Assembly: GCA_038087875.1 (NCBI GenBank)
Contig: CM075992.1
Span: forward strand, 8,930,001 to 8,994,000
Source of the DNA: Malacoraja senta
Taxonomy: Eukaryota
DNA: 64,000 bases
Reading direction: 5' to 3'
The notes beneath the pieces were generated by a model that was not told the DNA's origin, did not search any database, and saw only the letters and a program-made list of their open reading frames with translations. The position numbers were made by a program, and so were the translations under genes. Each line of letters opens with the position of its first letter. The stretch's first letter is position 1. Below are positions 51,485-64,000 of this stretch, one piece after another.

Positions 51485-51935
51485 TTGAAAAGACTAGGCT
51501 TGTATTCACTGGAGTTTAGAAGGATGAGGAGGGGGAGGGGTCTTATAGAAACATATGAAATTATAAAAGGACTGGACAAGTTAGATGCAGGAAAAATGTT
51601 CCCAATGTTGGGCGAGTCCAGAACCAGGAGCCACAGTCTTAGCATAAAGGGGAATAAAACCATTTAAGACTGAGGTGAGAAAAAAGTTTTCACCCAGAGA
51701 GTTGTGAATTTGTGGAATTCCCTGCTACAGAGGGCAGTGGAGGCCAAATCACTGGATGGATTTAAGAGAGAGTTAGATAGAGCTCTAGGGGCTAGTGGAA
51801 TCAAGGGATATGGGGAGAAGGCAGGCACGGGTTATTGATTTGGGGACGATCAGCCATGAACACAGTGAATGGCGGTGCTGGCTCGAAGGGCCGAATGGCC
51901 TCCTCCACCTATTTTCTATGTTTCTGTGTTTCTAT
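51485..51935 (+). mobile_element. CR1 LINE 3' fragment (other CR1 pieces at ~23384-23720, 28560-29170, 41440-41730, 42320-42680, 47310-47590, 52790-53060)
   Basis: LGLYSLEFRRMR...LIETY motif followed by CR1 3' UTR. Confidence 0.8.
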
Positions 51936-53388
51936 GTTCCAACACATTCCATCTGCTTAACCCCTTCCCAGGACTGGGTTCCAAACGGAACGCCTGTTTT
52001 GGGATTCTGATGCCAGGGAATGTCCACGACTCGATCTTCCCAAAGTAGCTGAAATATTGGTTTCTTTAACTTCAAGTAACCTCTGCATTCCCTCTCTCTC
52101 CATCCCCCCCCACCCAAGTCGTACCAGCTTCAAAGTCGTCTTGTTGAGTCTCATTGTCTGTAACTCGTTCCCGCCTAGCAATCAGCTAACAAACAATGGC
52201 CTGATTCCTATATCATCGTTACTTTTTGCCATTCACTTGTTCTAAATCGCTCCACATCACCGCCTACATCTCTTGTTTCCCTTTCCCCTGACTCCCAGTC
52301 TGAAGAAGGGTCTCGACCCGAAAAGTCACCTAGTCCTTCTCTCCAGAGATGCTGCCTGAGTTACTCCAGCTTGTTGTGTCTATCCGTCAGACTGAGATTC
52401 ACTAATGCACCCAGAGCAGGTGGAGGGCTTTGTGGAGACTGCGTTGGCGACATCCCACCAGCAGTGTCACTGTCGGCAGCCAATGTTTTTGCTACACTCT
52501 GTAGCTAAAGTTCCAAACCACTGTTGATTCCCACTCTCCTAAAATTTGAGATCAAGAGGCTTCAGCCCAATCTTTCCCTCCCCATTTGGCAAACCGCCCT
52601 CCCAGGATCTTCCCATTGTCCATCTGGCAAATCATCTTCCCAGGAATCTCCATCTCTGGTCTTCATTCCTGAAGATCCAGGAATCTTCACCCACCCCATC
52701 CATGGCAAGGACATGATCCACTCTTCAGGTAGCGAGGCCTGTATTTTAGCTGTGGTCTTGTCAAGACCCTCTTTGACTGCGATAATGTTGCAGTAATATA
52801 AGACATTGATGAGGCCGCGATTAGAGTATTGTGTTCACTTCTGGGCGCCATGTTATGGGAAAGGTGTTGTCAACCTGGAAAGGGTGCAGAGAAGATTTAC
52901 GAGGATGTTGCCAGGACTCAGGTGCCTGAGCTATAGGGAAAGGTTGCGGATGCTCGGATGCTATTCCTTGAAGCCCAAGAGGAGGAGGGGTGATCTTATA
53001 GAGGTGTACAAAATCATGAGAGGAATAGATGGGGTAGACTCGGAGAGTTTCTTGCCCAGAGTAGAGCCGCTACCTCACAATTTGAGGCTCGAGTTCGACC
53101 TCGAGTGCTGTCTATGTTAGGTTTGTACGTTCTCCCCGTGACCGTTTGGGTTTTCTCCAGTTTCTTCCCACATCCCAAAGACGTGCGGGTTTGTAGGTTA
53201 ATCGGTCCTCCGTAAAATTGCTCCTCGGGGCTAGGGAGTGCGTAAGAGAGACAGATAACACAGAACTGGTATGAACGGGTGATAAGACATAGGAGAAGAA
53301 TTGTACCATTCGGCCCATCTAATCTACTCCGCCATTCAATCGTGGTTGATCTGATTTTACCCGATCAATGGTCGGCATGAACTAAACT

Positions 53389-53527
53389 TATTTTTCTTGC
53401 GTGTGGCGTGCACAGCCTAAAGTTGTAGGACAACTTGTTCTATTTGATCTTATTTGATTGTACACGCCAGGTTGATTGCATTCGTCGAAACAGGGCGGAC
53501 CACATGAAGGTTGCAATCTTCCACCCC
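53389..53527 (-). mobile_element. Short retroposon with intact HDV-like ribozyme (53474-53527), copy 3
   Basis: Same fold with J4/2 CGAA; degenerate 12-bp TSD (53377-53388 and 53528-53539). Confidence 0.8.
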
Positions 53528-53567
53528 ACGGACTAAACTAAAAAGCATGGATTTGAATGGGCAGTTG

Positions 53568-53568
53568 C

Positions 53569-53641
<73 letters not shown>

Positions 53642-53642
53642 G
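53568..53642. repeat. (CAGA)n microsatellite
   Basis: Direct inspection. Confidence 0.9.
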
Positions 53643-54751
53643 TTTACTATCACATGTGACATGTCACTGTGAAATTCTTCATTTTGCTGACCATTCACAA
53701 ATCTCATGATCTCCAGAGATGCTGTTTGACCCACTGAGTTACTCCAGCACTTTGCATCCTTTTTGTTGTTGTTGCAAATCAGCATCTGCAGTTCCTTGAA
53801 TCTAAACCGCCGCTTGTTTTTCTGTTTATTTATCCCAGATCTTAAACATAATTTAAAACATACAGCACAAATTCTGTTGATAAATCTCACACAATTTGTT
53901 TTTAAAAAACAGGCTTTAAATGCCACTGTGTCCCCGGGCAGACCAGCTGCAGTCCCTTCCTGACCCTCACTCATAAGGTCATAAGTGAATTAGGCCATTC
54001 GGCCCATCACGTCTACTCCACCATTCAATCATGGCTGATCTCTCTTTCTCTCCTAACTCCATTCTCCTGTCTTCTCCCCGTAACCCCTGACACCTGTATC
54101 ACTCCCCCCCCCCTCCTCTGTTCCTCCAGTATTTCGTGTCCCATTTGTTTGTACATATTTATTAAGCGAATAAAGTTTATTTTGGAAATAAAAACTCTAT
54201 ACAGAGAGTGTGTTGGGAAAACCGCAGGTGCTGGTTTAAATCGAAGGTAGACACAAAATGCTGGAGTAACTCAGCGGGTCAGACAGCATCTGTGGAGAGA
54301 AGGAATAGGCGACGTTTCGGGTCACATACTGAGAGGTCTTATTTATTATTTCGCGGTATTGTTCTCTATTTATTTCCTCCAGGCTCTTAAACATTATTCC
54401 TTTCATTTTCATATTTCATTTCACTCCCTGAAATTCCCTGAAATCCCAGGCGTCGATAGGTTTCCTCCCCTTCCTTATCTCTGTGCCCCTCTCTCCCCCT
54501 AACTCTCTGTCTGAAGAAGGGTCTCGACCCGAAAAGTCACCCATCCCTTCTCTCCACAGATGCTGCCGGTCCCGCTGAGTTACTCCAGCGTTTTGTGTCC
54601 ACAGTCGCTGAGCGTTGCCAAGGGATTGCACAAACAAACGCCAGCAGCAGCCGGGCTCCCGGGTAAGTACAGCACTGGCGGCGGTAGATTTAATAGGGGC
54701 AACAAATGACCTTCTTAACACATTTCTTTGGGGGGGGGAAAGGCTGGAGTA

Positions 54752-54945
54752 ACTCCAGTAACTCAGTTGGGTCAGGCAGCATCTGTGGAGAACATGGATA
54801 GGTGATGTTTCACAGAGTGCTGGAGTAACTCAGGGGGTCAGGCAGCATCTGTGGAGAACATGGATAGGTGATGTTTCACAGAGTGCTGGAGTAACTCAGG
54901 GGGTCAGGCAGCATCTGTGGAGAACATGGATAGGTGACGTTTCGG
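54752..54945. repeat. 66-bp tandem triplication of a Penelope terminal-repeat segment
   Basis: gtgctggagtaactcag...ggataggtgatgtttcacaga repeated. Confidence 0.8.
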
Positions 54946-55509
54946 GTCGGGACCCACGCCGACCATCGGTCTGAAGAAGGGTTTCGGCCCGAAACGTTGC
55001 CTATTTCCTTCGCTCCATAGATGCTGCCTCACCCGCTGAGTTTCTCCAGCATTTTGTCTACCTTCGATTTTCCGACCAGTTCTATGTTATCCCAGTAGAG
55101 ACAAGGAACTGCAGATTTAGTTTTAGTTTAGAGATACAGAGTGGAAACAGGCCCTTCGGTCCATCACCGACCGACCAAACATTACCCATAGTTCTATCCT
55201 ACGCATTGTGAGTAAGTTTACAGAAGCCAATTAACCTACAAACCTGTACATCTTTGGAGTGTGGGAGGAAACCGGAGCACCCGGGGAAAACCCACGCATG
55301 TCACGGGGAGAAGGTACAAACTCCGTACAGACAGCACCCGTAGTCAGGATTGAACCCGGGTCTCTGGCGCTGTGAGGCAGCAACTCAGCAATGAATGAAA
55401 GTTATGCAAAAAAGGTAACGATGTTAAAGGAAACAGGCCACATTGTAAGCTGTTTGTAGGGTGAAAATTAGAAGCGAGTAGATGAGGTTGGAGAGGTGCT
55501 AGTGAACCT

Positions 55510-58500
55510 ATGACATAGGCAGAAAAAGAGAAGAGGTCCTGAAAGGAGAATTTAGGGAGTTGGGAGGAGAGTTAAGGAGAAGGTCTGCAAAGGTAACAAT
55601 CTCAGGATTACTGCCTGTGCCACACGACAGTGAGAGCAGGAATGAAATGAGGTGGAGGATAAATGCGTGGCTGAGGAACTGGTGCAGCGGGCAGGGATTC
55701 AAATTTCTGGATCATTGGGACCTCTTTTGGGGAAGGTGTGACCTGTACAGAAAGGACGGGTTGCACTTGAACCCGAGGGGGACCAATATCCTGGCGGGGA
55801 GATTTGCAAAGGCTACTGGGGAGACTTTAAACTAGAATGGTTGGGGGGAGGGACTCAAATAGAGAAAGATGGTAGAAAATGTTGGAGGCAGGAGGCAGAG
55901 AAGGGAAGCACTCGGACCCAAAATGTAGGGGAGTAAGAAGAAAAAGATAATAAACAGAGAATAAGTGGTGGTGGGTTTCTTAAATGTGTCTATTTTAATG
56001 CTAGGAGCATTGTAAGAAAGGTGGATGAGCTTAGAGTCTGGATTGACACCTGGAAGTATGATGTTGTGGCGATCAGTGAAACATGGTTGCAGGAGGGCTG
56101 TGATTGGAAACTAAATATTCCAGGATTCCATTGCTTCAGGGGTGATAGAATTGGAGGGGCAAGAGGTGGGGGTGTTGCATTGCTTGTCAAGGAAGATATT
56201 ACAGCAGTGCTTTGGCAGGATAGATTAGAGGGCTCGTTTAGGGAGGCTATTTGGGTGGAGCTGAGAAATGGGAAAGGTGTAGCAACACTTATAGGGGTGT
56301 ATTATAGATCGCCAAATGGGGAGCGAGAATTGGAAGTGCAAATATGTAAGGAGATAGCAGATATTAGTAGTAAGCACAAGGTAGTGATTGTGGGAGATTT
56401 CAATTTTCCACACATAGACTGGGAAACACATTCTGTAAAAGGGCTGGATGGTTTGGAGTTTGTAAAATGTGTGCAGGATAGTTTTTTGCAGCAATACATA
56501 GAGGTGCCTACTAGAGAAGGGGCAGTGCTGAACCTCCTGTTAGGAAATGAGACAGGGCAGGTGGCGGAGGTAAGCGTTGGGGAGCACTTCGGGTCCAGTG
56601 ATCACAATACCATTAGTTTCAATATAATTATGGAGAGGGTCAGAACTGGACCTAGGGTTGAGATTTTTGATTGGAGAAAGGCTAACTTTGAGGAGATGCG
56701 AAAGGATTTAAAAGGAGTGAATTGGGACATGTTGTTTTATGGGAAGGATGTAGAAGAGAAATGGAGGACATTTAAAGGTGAAATTTTAAGAGTACAGAAT
56801 CTTTATGTCCCTATTCGGTTGAAAGGAAATAGTAAAAATTGGAAAGAGCCATGGTTTTCAAGAGAAATTGGACACGGTTCGGAAAAAGAGAGAGATCTAC
56901 AATAATTATAGGCAGCATGGAGTAAATGAGGTGCTTGAGGAGTATAAAGAATGTAAAAAGAATATTAAGAAAGAAATTAGAAAAACTAAAAGAAGATATG
57001 AGGTTGCTTTGGCAAGTAAGGTGAAAGTAAATCCAAAGGGTTTCTACAGCTATATTAATAGCAAAAGGATAACAAGGAATAAAATTGGTCCATTAGAGAA
57101 TCAGAGTGGACAGCTATCTGCAGAGCCAAAAGAGATGGGGGAGATACTGAACAATTTCTTTTCTTCAGTATTCACCAAGGAGAAGGATATGGAATTATGT
57201 GAGGTATGGGAAACAAGCAGAGTAGCAATGGAAACTGTGAGATTCAAAGAAGAGGAGGTGCGGACACTTTTGAAAAATATGAAAACGGATAAGTCTCCAG
57301 GTCCTGACAGGATATTCCCGAGGACATTGAGGGAAGTTAGTGTAGAAATAGCAGGGGCTATGACAGAAATATTTCAAATGTCATTAGAAACGGGAATAGT
57401 GCCGGAGGATTGGCGTACTGCGCATGTTGTTCCGTTGTTTAAAAAGGGTTCTAAGAGTAAACCTAGCAATTATAGACCTGTTAGTTTGACGTCAGTGGTG
57501 GGCAAATTAATGGAAAGGATACTTAAAGATAATATATATAAACATCTGGATAAGCAGGGCCTGATTAGGAACAGTCAACATGGATTTGTGCCTGGAAGGT
57601 CATGTTTGACTAATCTTCTAGAATTTTTCGAAGAGGTTACTAGGGAAATTGATGAGGGTAAAGCAGTGGATGTTGTCTATATGGACTTCAGTAAGGCCTT
57701 TGACAAGGTTCCTCATGGAAGGTTGGTTAAGAAGATTAAATTGTTGGGTATTAATGGTGGAGTAGCAAGATGGATTCAACAGTGGCTGAATGGGAGATGC
57801 CAGAGAGTAATGGTAGATGGCTGTTTGTCAGGTTGGAGGCCGGTGTCTAGTGGGGTGCCTCAGGGGTCTGTGTTGGGTCCACTGTTGTTTGTCATGTACA
57901 TCAATGATCTGGATGATGGTGTGTAAAATTGGATTAGTAAGTATGCAGATGATACTAAGATAGGTGGTGTGGTGGATAATGAAGTAGATTTTCAAAGTCT
58001 ACAGAAAGATTTAGGCCATTTGGAAGAGTGGGCTGAAAGATGGCAGATGGAGTTTAATGCTGATAAATGTGAGGTACTACATCTCGGCAGGACAAATCAA
58101 AATAGGACGTACATGGTAAAGGGTAGAGAATTGAGGAATGCAGTTGAACAGAGGGATCTAGGAATAACTGTGCATAGTTCCCTGAAGGTGGAATCTCATG
58201 TAGATAGGGTGGTAAAGAAAGCTTTTGGTGTGCTGGCCTTTATAAATCAGAGCATTGAATATAGAAGTTGGGATGTAATGTTAAAATTGTACAAGGCATT
58301 GGTGAGGCCAATTCTGGAGTATGGAGTACAATTTTGGTCGCCTAATTATAGGAAGGATGTCAACAAAATAGAGAGAGTACAGAGGAGATTTATTAGAATG
58401 TTGCCTGGGTTTCAGCAACTAAGTTACAGAGAAAGGTTGAACAAGTTAGGTCTTTATTCTTTGGAGCGCAGCAGGTTAAGAGGGGACTTGATAGAGGTCT

Positions 58501-58888
58501 TTAAAATTATGAGAGGGATAGACAGAGTGGACGTGGATAAGCTTTTCCCACTGAGAGTAGGGAAGATTCAAACAAGGGGACATGACTTGAGAATTAAGGG
58601 ACAGAAGTTTAGGGGTAACATGAGGGGGAACTTCTTTACTCAGAGAGTGGTAGCTGTGTGGAATGAGCTTCCAGTGGAAGTGGTGGAGGCTGGTTCGATT
58701 TTATCCTTTAAAAATAGATTGGATGGGTATATGGACGGGAAAGGAATGGAGGGTTATGGTCTGAGTGCAGGTAGATGGGACTAGGGGGAAGTATTTATTT
58801 AAAAAAATAAAAAAATAATAAAAAATGTTCGGCACGGACTTGAAGGGCCGAGATGGCCTGTTTCCGTGCTGTAATGGTTATATGGTTA
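55510..58888 (+). mobile_element. Near-full-length, 5'-truncated CR1-clade LINE (ORF1 esterase C-terminus plus ORF2 APE-RT), inactivated
   Basis: ORF1 ...DGLHLNPRG; endonuclease [30 protein letters not shown] and YADD (57942). In-frame stop at 55934 and frameshifts near 56875 and 57922. Confidence 0.95.
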
Positions 58889-61141
58889 ACCTGAAAGCAC
58901 TGTCCGGGGTCCCTGGGCAGTCAGTGACAACCCAGTGGTATGAATTTTTATTTCTCTAATTTTAAATAACCCTTGCATCCCCTCTCTCTCTGCCCCTCAC
59001 CCACCCTAACCGTCGTTCTGCTTAGTTTCACTGTTTGTAGCCACTCGTTATCACCTTATCCACAGCCAACAATGGACCATTGTGGGCTCCACATTTCCTT
59101 GATCATCCTAGCTGGCTTTGATTTGTTTTAATACCTTTGTTCTGTAGCTATTCACACCTCTAGTCCCCCCCCCCCCGACTCTCAGCCTGAGGAAGGGTCT
59201 CGACCCGAGACATCACCCATTCCTTTTCTCCATTTTATGTCTATCTTCGGTGTAGACCAGCATCTGCAGCTCCTTCCTACACGTTCTCCAGAGATGCTGC
59301 CTGACCCGCTGTGTCACTCCAGCATGTTGTGTCCATCTTCAGTGTAAGCCAGCACCTACAGTTCCTTCCTAAACATATTTCTTGAAAATCTCCTTTGTCA
59401 CGGTGGCACAGCTGGTAGATCTGCTATCTCACAGCACCAGAGAGCCGGGTTCGATCCTGACCTTGGGTGTGGGATGTCTTTTGGTTTAGTGAGGGAGGCT
59501 GGGGGAGGTGAAGCAGGTCAATGTTGGGCGGTGTCGGATACTCCCACCTAGTGGCTGTGCCCGATACTGCAGCTCATCCACACTTGGTCCTGAATACACT
59601 CAGAAGATTATTCTAACGCAGAAGAAATGAGGAGACACAAGGAACTACAGATGCTGGGTTTTTTTTAAAGACACAAAGTGCTGGAGAGTGTCAGGCAGCA
59701 TCTCTGGAGAACATGGATAGGTGATGTTTCAGATTGGGACCCTTCTTCTCAAATGAAGAAGTGTGAAGAAGGGTCTCGACCCTAAACGTCATCTATTCCT
59801 TCTCTCAGATCAGATTCAGATTCAGATTCAACTTTATTGTCATTGTGCAGTGTACAGTACAGAGACAACGAAATGCAGTTAGCATCTCCCTAGAAGAGCG
59901 ACATAAATATGAGCTCTCCAGAGACGCTGCTTGCACCGCTGAGTTACTCCAGCACTTTCTGTCTATCTTCGGTGTAAACCAGCATCTGCAGTTCCTTCCT
60001 ACACACGAGGAAGTGTTTGATTGATTGATTGCAAGATACACAGAGTCCACGCCGACCAGCAATCACCCAGTCACACTAGTTCTGCGTTATCCCACTTTCT
60101 CATCCACCCATCGACAACTAGGGACAATTTACAGAGGGCCAATTAACCTACAAACCCGCGCGTCTTTGGAATTTGCAAGGAAACTGGAGCACTGGCTTGT
60201 AGCGGTTGTAGGAGTGTCGGTGGTTATGGGGAGAAGGCAGGAGAATGGGGTTCGGAGGGAGAGATAGATCAGCCATAATTGAATGGCGGAGTAGACTTGA
60301 TGGGCCGAATGGCCTAATTCTGATCCTATAATTTGTGAACACCCGGAGAAAACCCACGCAGGTCACTGGGAGAACGTACAAACTCCGTACAGACAGCACC
60401 CGGAGTCAGGATGGAACCCGGGTCTCTGGCGCTGTGAGGCAGCAACTCTACCATGCTGAGCACTCATGGTGCTTCCTGTGTTTAGACTTTGACTTCATCA
60501 CTTATTTTGTCAGAAGGAAGTCCCCTTTGCTTTCTGTGGTGACAGTGAGTGGTCGCTGGTCAATGCCTGCAGCACCTTGGTGACCACAGAACAGGAGATA
60601 GAAAATACCGCAGAGACCAGAATCAAACGACAGAAAAGACTGCAAATGTTCCACAGGTCAGACAGCATCTGTAGAGGCCGAGGCTTCCACATCATCATCT
60701 TTTAGGGCGGCACAGTGGCGCAGCTTGTAGAGTTACTATCTCACAGCACCAGAGACACAGCTTCGATCCTGACCTTGGGCGTGTGTCTGTGTGCGGAGTT
60801 TGCACGTCCTCCCTCTGACCCTGGGGGGGGGGGGAGGGGGGTTCCTGGGGTTTCCTCCCACTTGCCAAAGAAATGAAGGGTTGTCGGTTAATTGGCCCTC
60901 TGTGAAACTGTCCCTAGTGTGCAGGGAGTGGATGAGAAAGTGGGATGACATAGAACTAGTATCTTCAAGACAGCAAGTGATTGGAATACCTTGCCAGCCA
61001 GCATCAGAGATCTCCAAAACATCAACACATACAAAGATGCATCTCCAAAAGCACCTCCATCTCAACTAGTACATCCACCACCATCATAGTGCTGAGTGAA
61101 GCTCTACGTAGAGTTTTCCAGCGTACTACATCCAGATCCAA

Positions 61142-61667
61142 TTAATTATAGGAAGGATGTCAACAAAATAGAGAGAGTACAGAGGAGATTTATTAGAATG
61201 TTGCCTGGGTTTCAACAACTAACTTACAGAGAAAGGTTGAACAAGTTAGGGCTTTATTCTTTGGAGCGCAGAAGGTTAAGGGGGGACTTGATAGAGGTCT
61301 TTAAAATGATGAGAAGGATAGACAGAGTTGACGTGGATAAGCTTTTCCCATTGAAAGTAGGGAAGATTCAAACAAGGGGACATGACTTGAGAATTAAGGG
61401 ACAGAAGTTTAGGGGTAACATGAGGGGGAACTTCTTTACTCAGAGAGTGGTGGCTGTGTGGAATGAGCTTCCAGTGAAGGTGGTGGAGGCAGGTTCGTTT
61501 TTATCATTTAAAAATAAATTGGATAGTTATATGGACGGGAAAGGAATGGAGGGTTATGGTCTGAGCGCAGGTATATGGGACTAGGGGAGAATACGTGTTC
61601 GGCACGGACTAGAAGGGTCGAGATGGCCTGTTTCCGTGCTGTAATTGTTATATGTTATATGTTATAT
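61142..61667 (+). mobile_element. 3' fragment of the same CR1 subfamily as 55510-58888
   Basis: Nearly identical to ~58343-58885; (GTTATAT)n tail. Confidence 0.9.
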
Positions 61668-62270
61668 CCAGATAGTGTGACTGGGCGATCGCTGGTCATT
61701 GTGGACTCAGTGGGCCGATGCTGGGTTGGGTGAGGTGGGCGAGGGGGGGCAAGGTATATCTCCACCTTTCTTTTTCTCTTTTTTAATTTCTATATCTCTC
61801 TGCCACACTACCTCGGTAGTTTCGGGGACTTTCTTTTGTTCTTTTTCGATCTATCTTTTCACTTGCTACTTTTTTTCTTTCTTGTTCTCTTTTTCTTTTC
61901 TTTTTTCATTTTCATAGTTTAGGTTATAAGGTTAAAAATGAAGCTGTATAATTGTATAATTAATTGTCTAATTTTCGATGCCAAATGTTTTATCTCTGTA
62001 CAATCGCTTCTAATAAAAATAAATTTAAAAAATAAAAAAAATAAAAATGAAACTAAACTCGTGTGAACGAACGGGCGATCGCTGGTCATTGTGGACTCGG
62101 TGGGCCGAAGGGCCTGTTTCCGTGCTGTATCTCTAACCTAAACTCATGTAAATGGGTGATCGCTGGTCGGTGTGGACTCGATGGGCTGAAGGGCCTGGGA
62201 CCTATGCTGGATCTTTCAATCCTCAGACCCCATCACTGTTTGGAAACACTAACTGTGTCTCTCTCCACAG

Positions 62271-62580
62271 CCACCGAGGGTTTTCAACGCCTTTTGGAGA
62301 CCATCTGTAATGTTACAACCAGACCGGCTCCTGTGAGCAGCAGTGGGTTGTGCTTTACTGGTGTAAAGGAGATGTCGGGCCAGATTTCGGAACGACCCAG
62401 AGCACCGCTGTCCACTCATCCGCGTGTAGCTCGAAGATTAAACCAGCTGCGGAAATACTTGGATGCAACTGGGCTTCAGAAGTGCATGGAGGATATCAGT
62501 GCCCAGCTACTGAGGAGGACGGAGTTACCACCAAACCCGTATCCGGGACTTCTCTGTCAGATACAGCAGCAGGCGGAGAG
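62271..62580 (+). CDS. Exon of an unidentified gene encoding a Dpy-30/RIIa dimerization-docking-like motif (possible ATG at 62372)
   Basis: Branch point CACTAAC, polypyrimidine tract and cacAG at 62270; AG|GTAGGA donor at 62581; non-repetitive open frame containing RKYLDATGLQKCMEDISAQLLRRTELPPNPYPGLL. Confidence 0.7.
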
Positions 62581-64000
62581 GTAGGAATAAGGGGGCTTGT
62601 TCCTGTATCCTGGACACACACACCAGTGGCGCAGCGGTAGAGACCCGGGTTCAATCCCGACTACGGGTGCTGTCTGTACGGAGTTTGTACGTTCTCCCTG
62701 TGACCGCGTGGGTTTTCTCCTGGTGCTCCGGTTTACCCCCACACTCCAAAGGCGTGCAGCTTTGTAGCTTAATTGGTTTGGTTAAAAATCCACCCTAGAG
62801 TGTAGGATAGTTTTAGTGGTCGGCATGGTGGGCCGAAGGGCCTGATTCCATGCTGTATCTCTAAACTAAACTGAACTAAACTAAAAAAAAAAATTGATCA
62901 GTTGATAACATACTCTATGGGCAAACGGGACTAGCTTAGATGGGGCATCCTCTACTGGAGCAGTAGAGAGGGTCTCACAAAACACCTTTGCTTTAAGGTG
63001 AGAGGGGGAATGTTTAAGGGGCAAGTATTATACAGAGGGTGGTGAGTGTCTGGAATAGGCTGCCAGGGGTGGTGGTGGAGGCACATAAAACAGTGGCATT
63101 TAGGAGACATTTAGATAGGCACGTGGATATGCAGGGATGGAAGGATATGGATCAATTTTTTAGAAGCTGCAAATGCTGGAGCAACTCAGCGGGTTAGGCT
63201 GAAGAAGGGCCCCGACTGGAAATGTTGCCTATCCATGTTCTCCAGAGATGCCGCATGACCGGCTAAGTTACTCCAGCGCTTTGTGTCGTTTTTGTTGTTG
63301 TAAATCAGCACCTGCAGTTCTTTGTTTCAGCAGAGGAGATGAGTACAACTAGGCATCAAGCACGGCACAGACATTGTGGGCCGAAGGGCCTGTTCCTGCG
63401 CTGCACAGTTCAACGTTCTATCAAAAACGTGACAAGGATTTAGGATCATGAGGGGAAAAGACAGGGTCTTTTCTCCAAGTTAGAGGAACCAAGAACTAGA
63501 GCGCATTGGTTTAAGGTACGAGGGAGCTTCAAGCTCACATCTAATGTCACATACACCAATTGGTACAGTGGAAGATAGGAACCAAAGGACAACTTTTTCA
63601 CACAGTAGGCGGAGGGTGAATGGAATGGGCTGCAGGGGAGGTAGTTGAGGCAGGGACTATAACAACATTTAACGGCCATTTGGACTGGTCGATGAATATG
63701 AATGGTTTAATGGAGCTTTATTTACCACATGTGGAACTGCACGATGAAATTCTTCTATCATATTTACACATGCAGGTTTTGGAGCCATTTCCAAACTCCA
63801 AAGTCAGGTCTGCCCGTGTGCTCGGTCTAGTGGAGCGGCTCCCGATCCAGGCGAGCCCCAGGCTCCTGCAGGGCCTTCCTCCGTCGCCCTCGACCGGCTT
63901 GGCCCGCCAACCCTCCCCTCTCCTCTCCTCTGCTCGCCCTCTCCGTGTCCAGCCGACCTTGACGTCACTCCTCGCGTCCGAAGTCTCCAGCGGCTCCCTC

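Noticed and set aside
52390..52796. Unique-looking ORF as an exon of the plus-strand gene
   Set aside because: No recognisable homology or convincing pair of splice sites.
63790..64000. GC-rich end segment with TGACGTCA as a promoter or exon
   Set aside because: Truncated by the window edge; could be a repeat; no supporting ORF.

Overview
Repeat-dense vertebrate genomic DNA. The repeat content (HE1/V-SINE-type tRNA SINEs, CR1/HER1-like LINEs, Penelope-like elements) points to a cartilaginous fish, probably a skate or ray (inference). The minus strand carries a complete two-exon CDKN2D/p19INK4d gene (44681-44544, 35331-34957; 170 aa) and the first eight coding exons of KRI1 (ATG at 20049, running off the left edge), in the same order and orientation as in human. 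KRI1 exon 7 has an apparent 1-nt frameshift. On the plus strand, one well-supported exon (62271-62580) encodes a Dpy-30/RIIa dimerization-docking-like motif of an unidentified gene. The rest is mostly transposon-derived: a near-full-length CR1, many CR1, L1, Tx1 and Rex fragments, five PIF/Harbinger-type MITEs, a probable mini-Helitron, microsatellites, and a 44-bp GC-rich minisatellite beside the CDKN2D promoter. The most interesting signals are RNA structures. (1) A ~140-nt retroposon with no Pol III promoter (3 copies) whose first 54 nt fit a minimal HDV-like self-cleaving ribozyme; in the two TSD-flanked copies the 5' end is exactly the predicted cleavage site. (2) Many minimal hammerhead-ribozyme cores in Penelope-derived repeats, often in fold-back arrangements. 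All structures were assigned by eye, and novelty is unverified without database searches.
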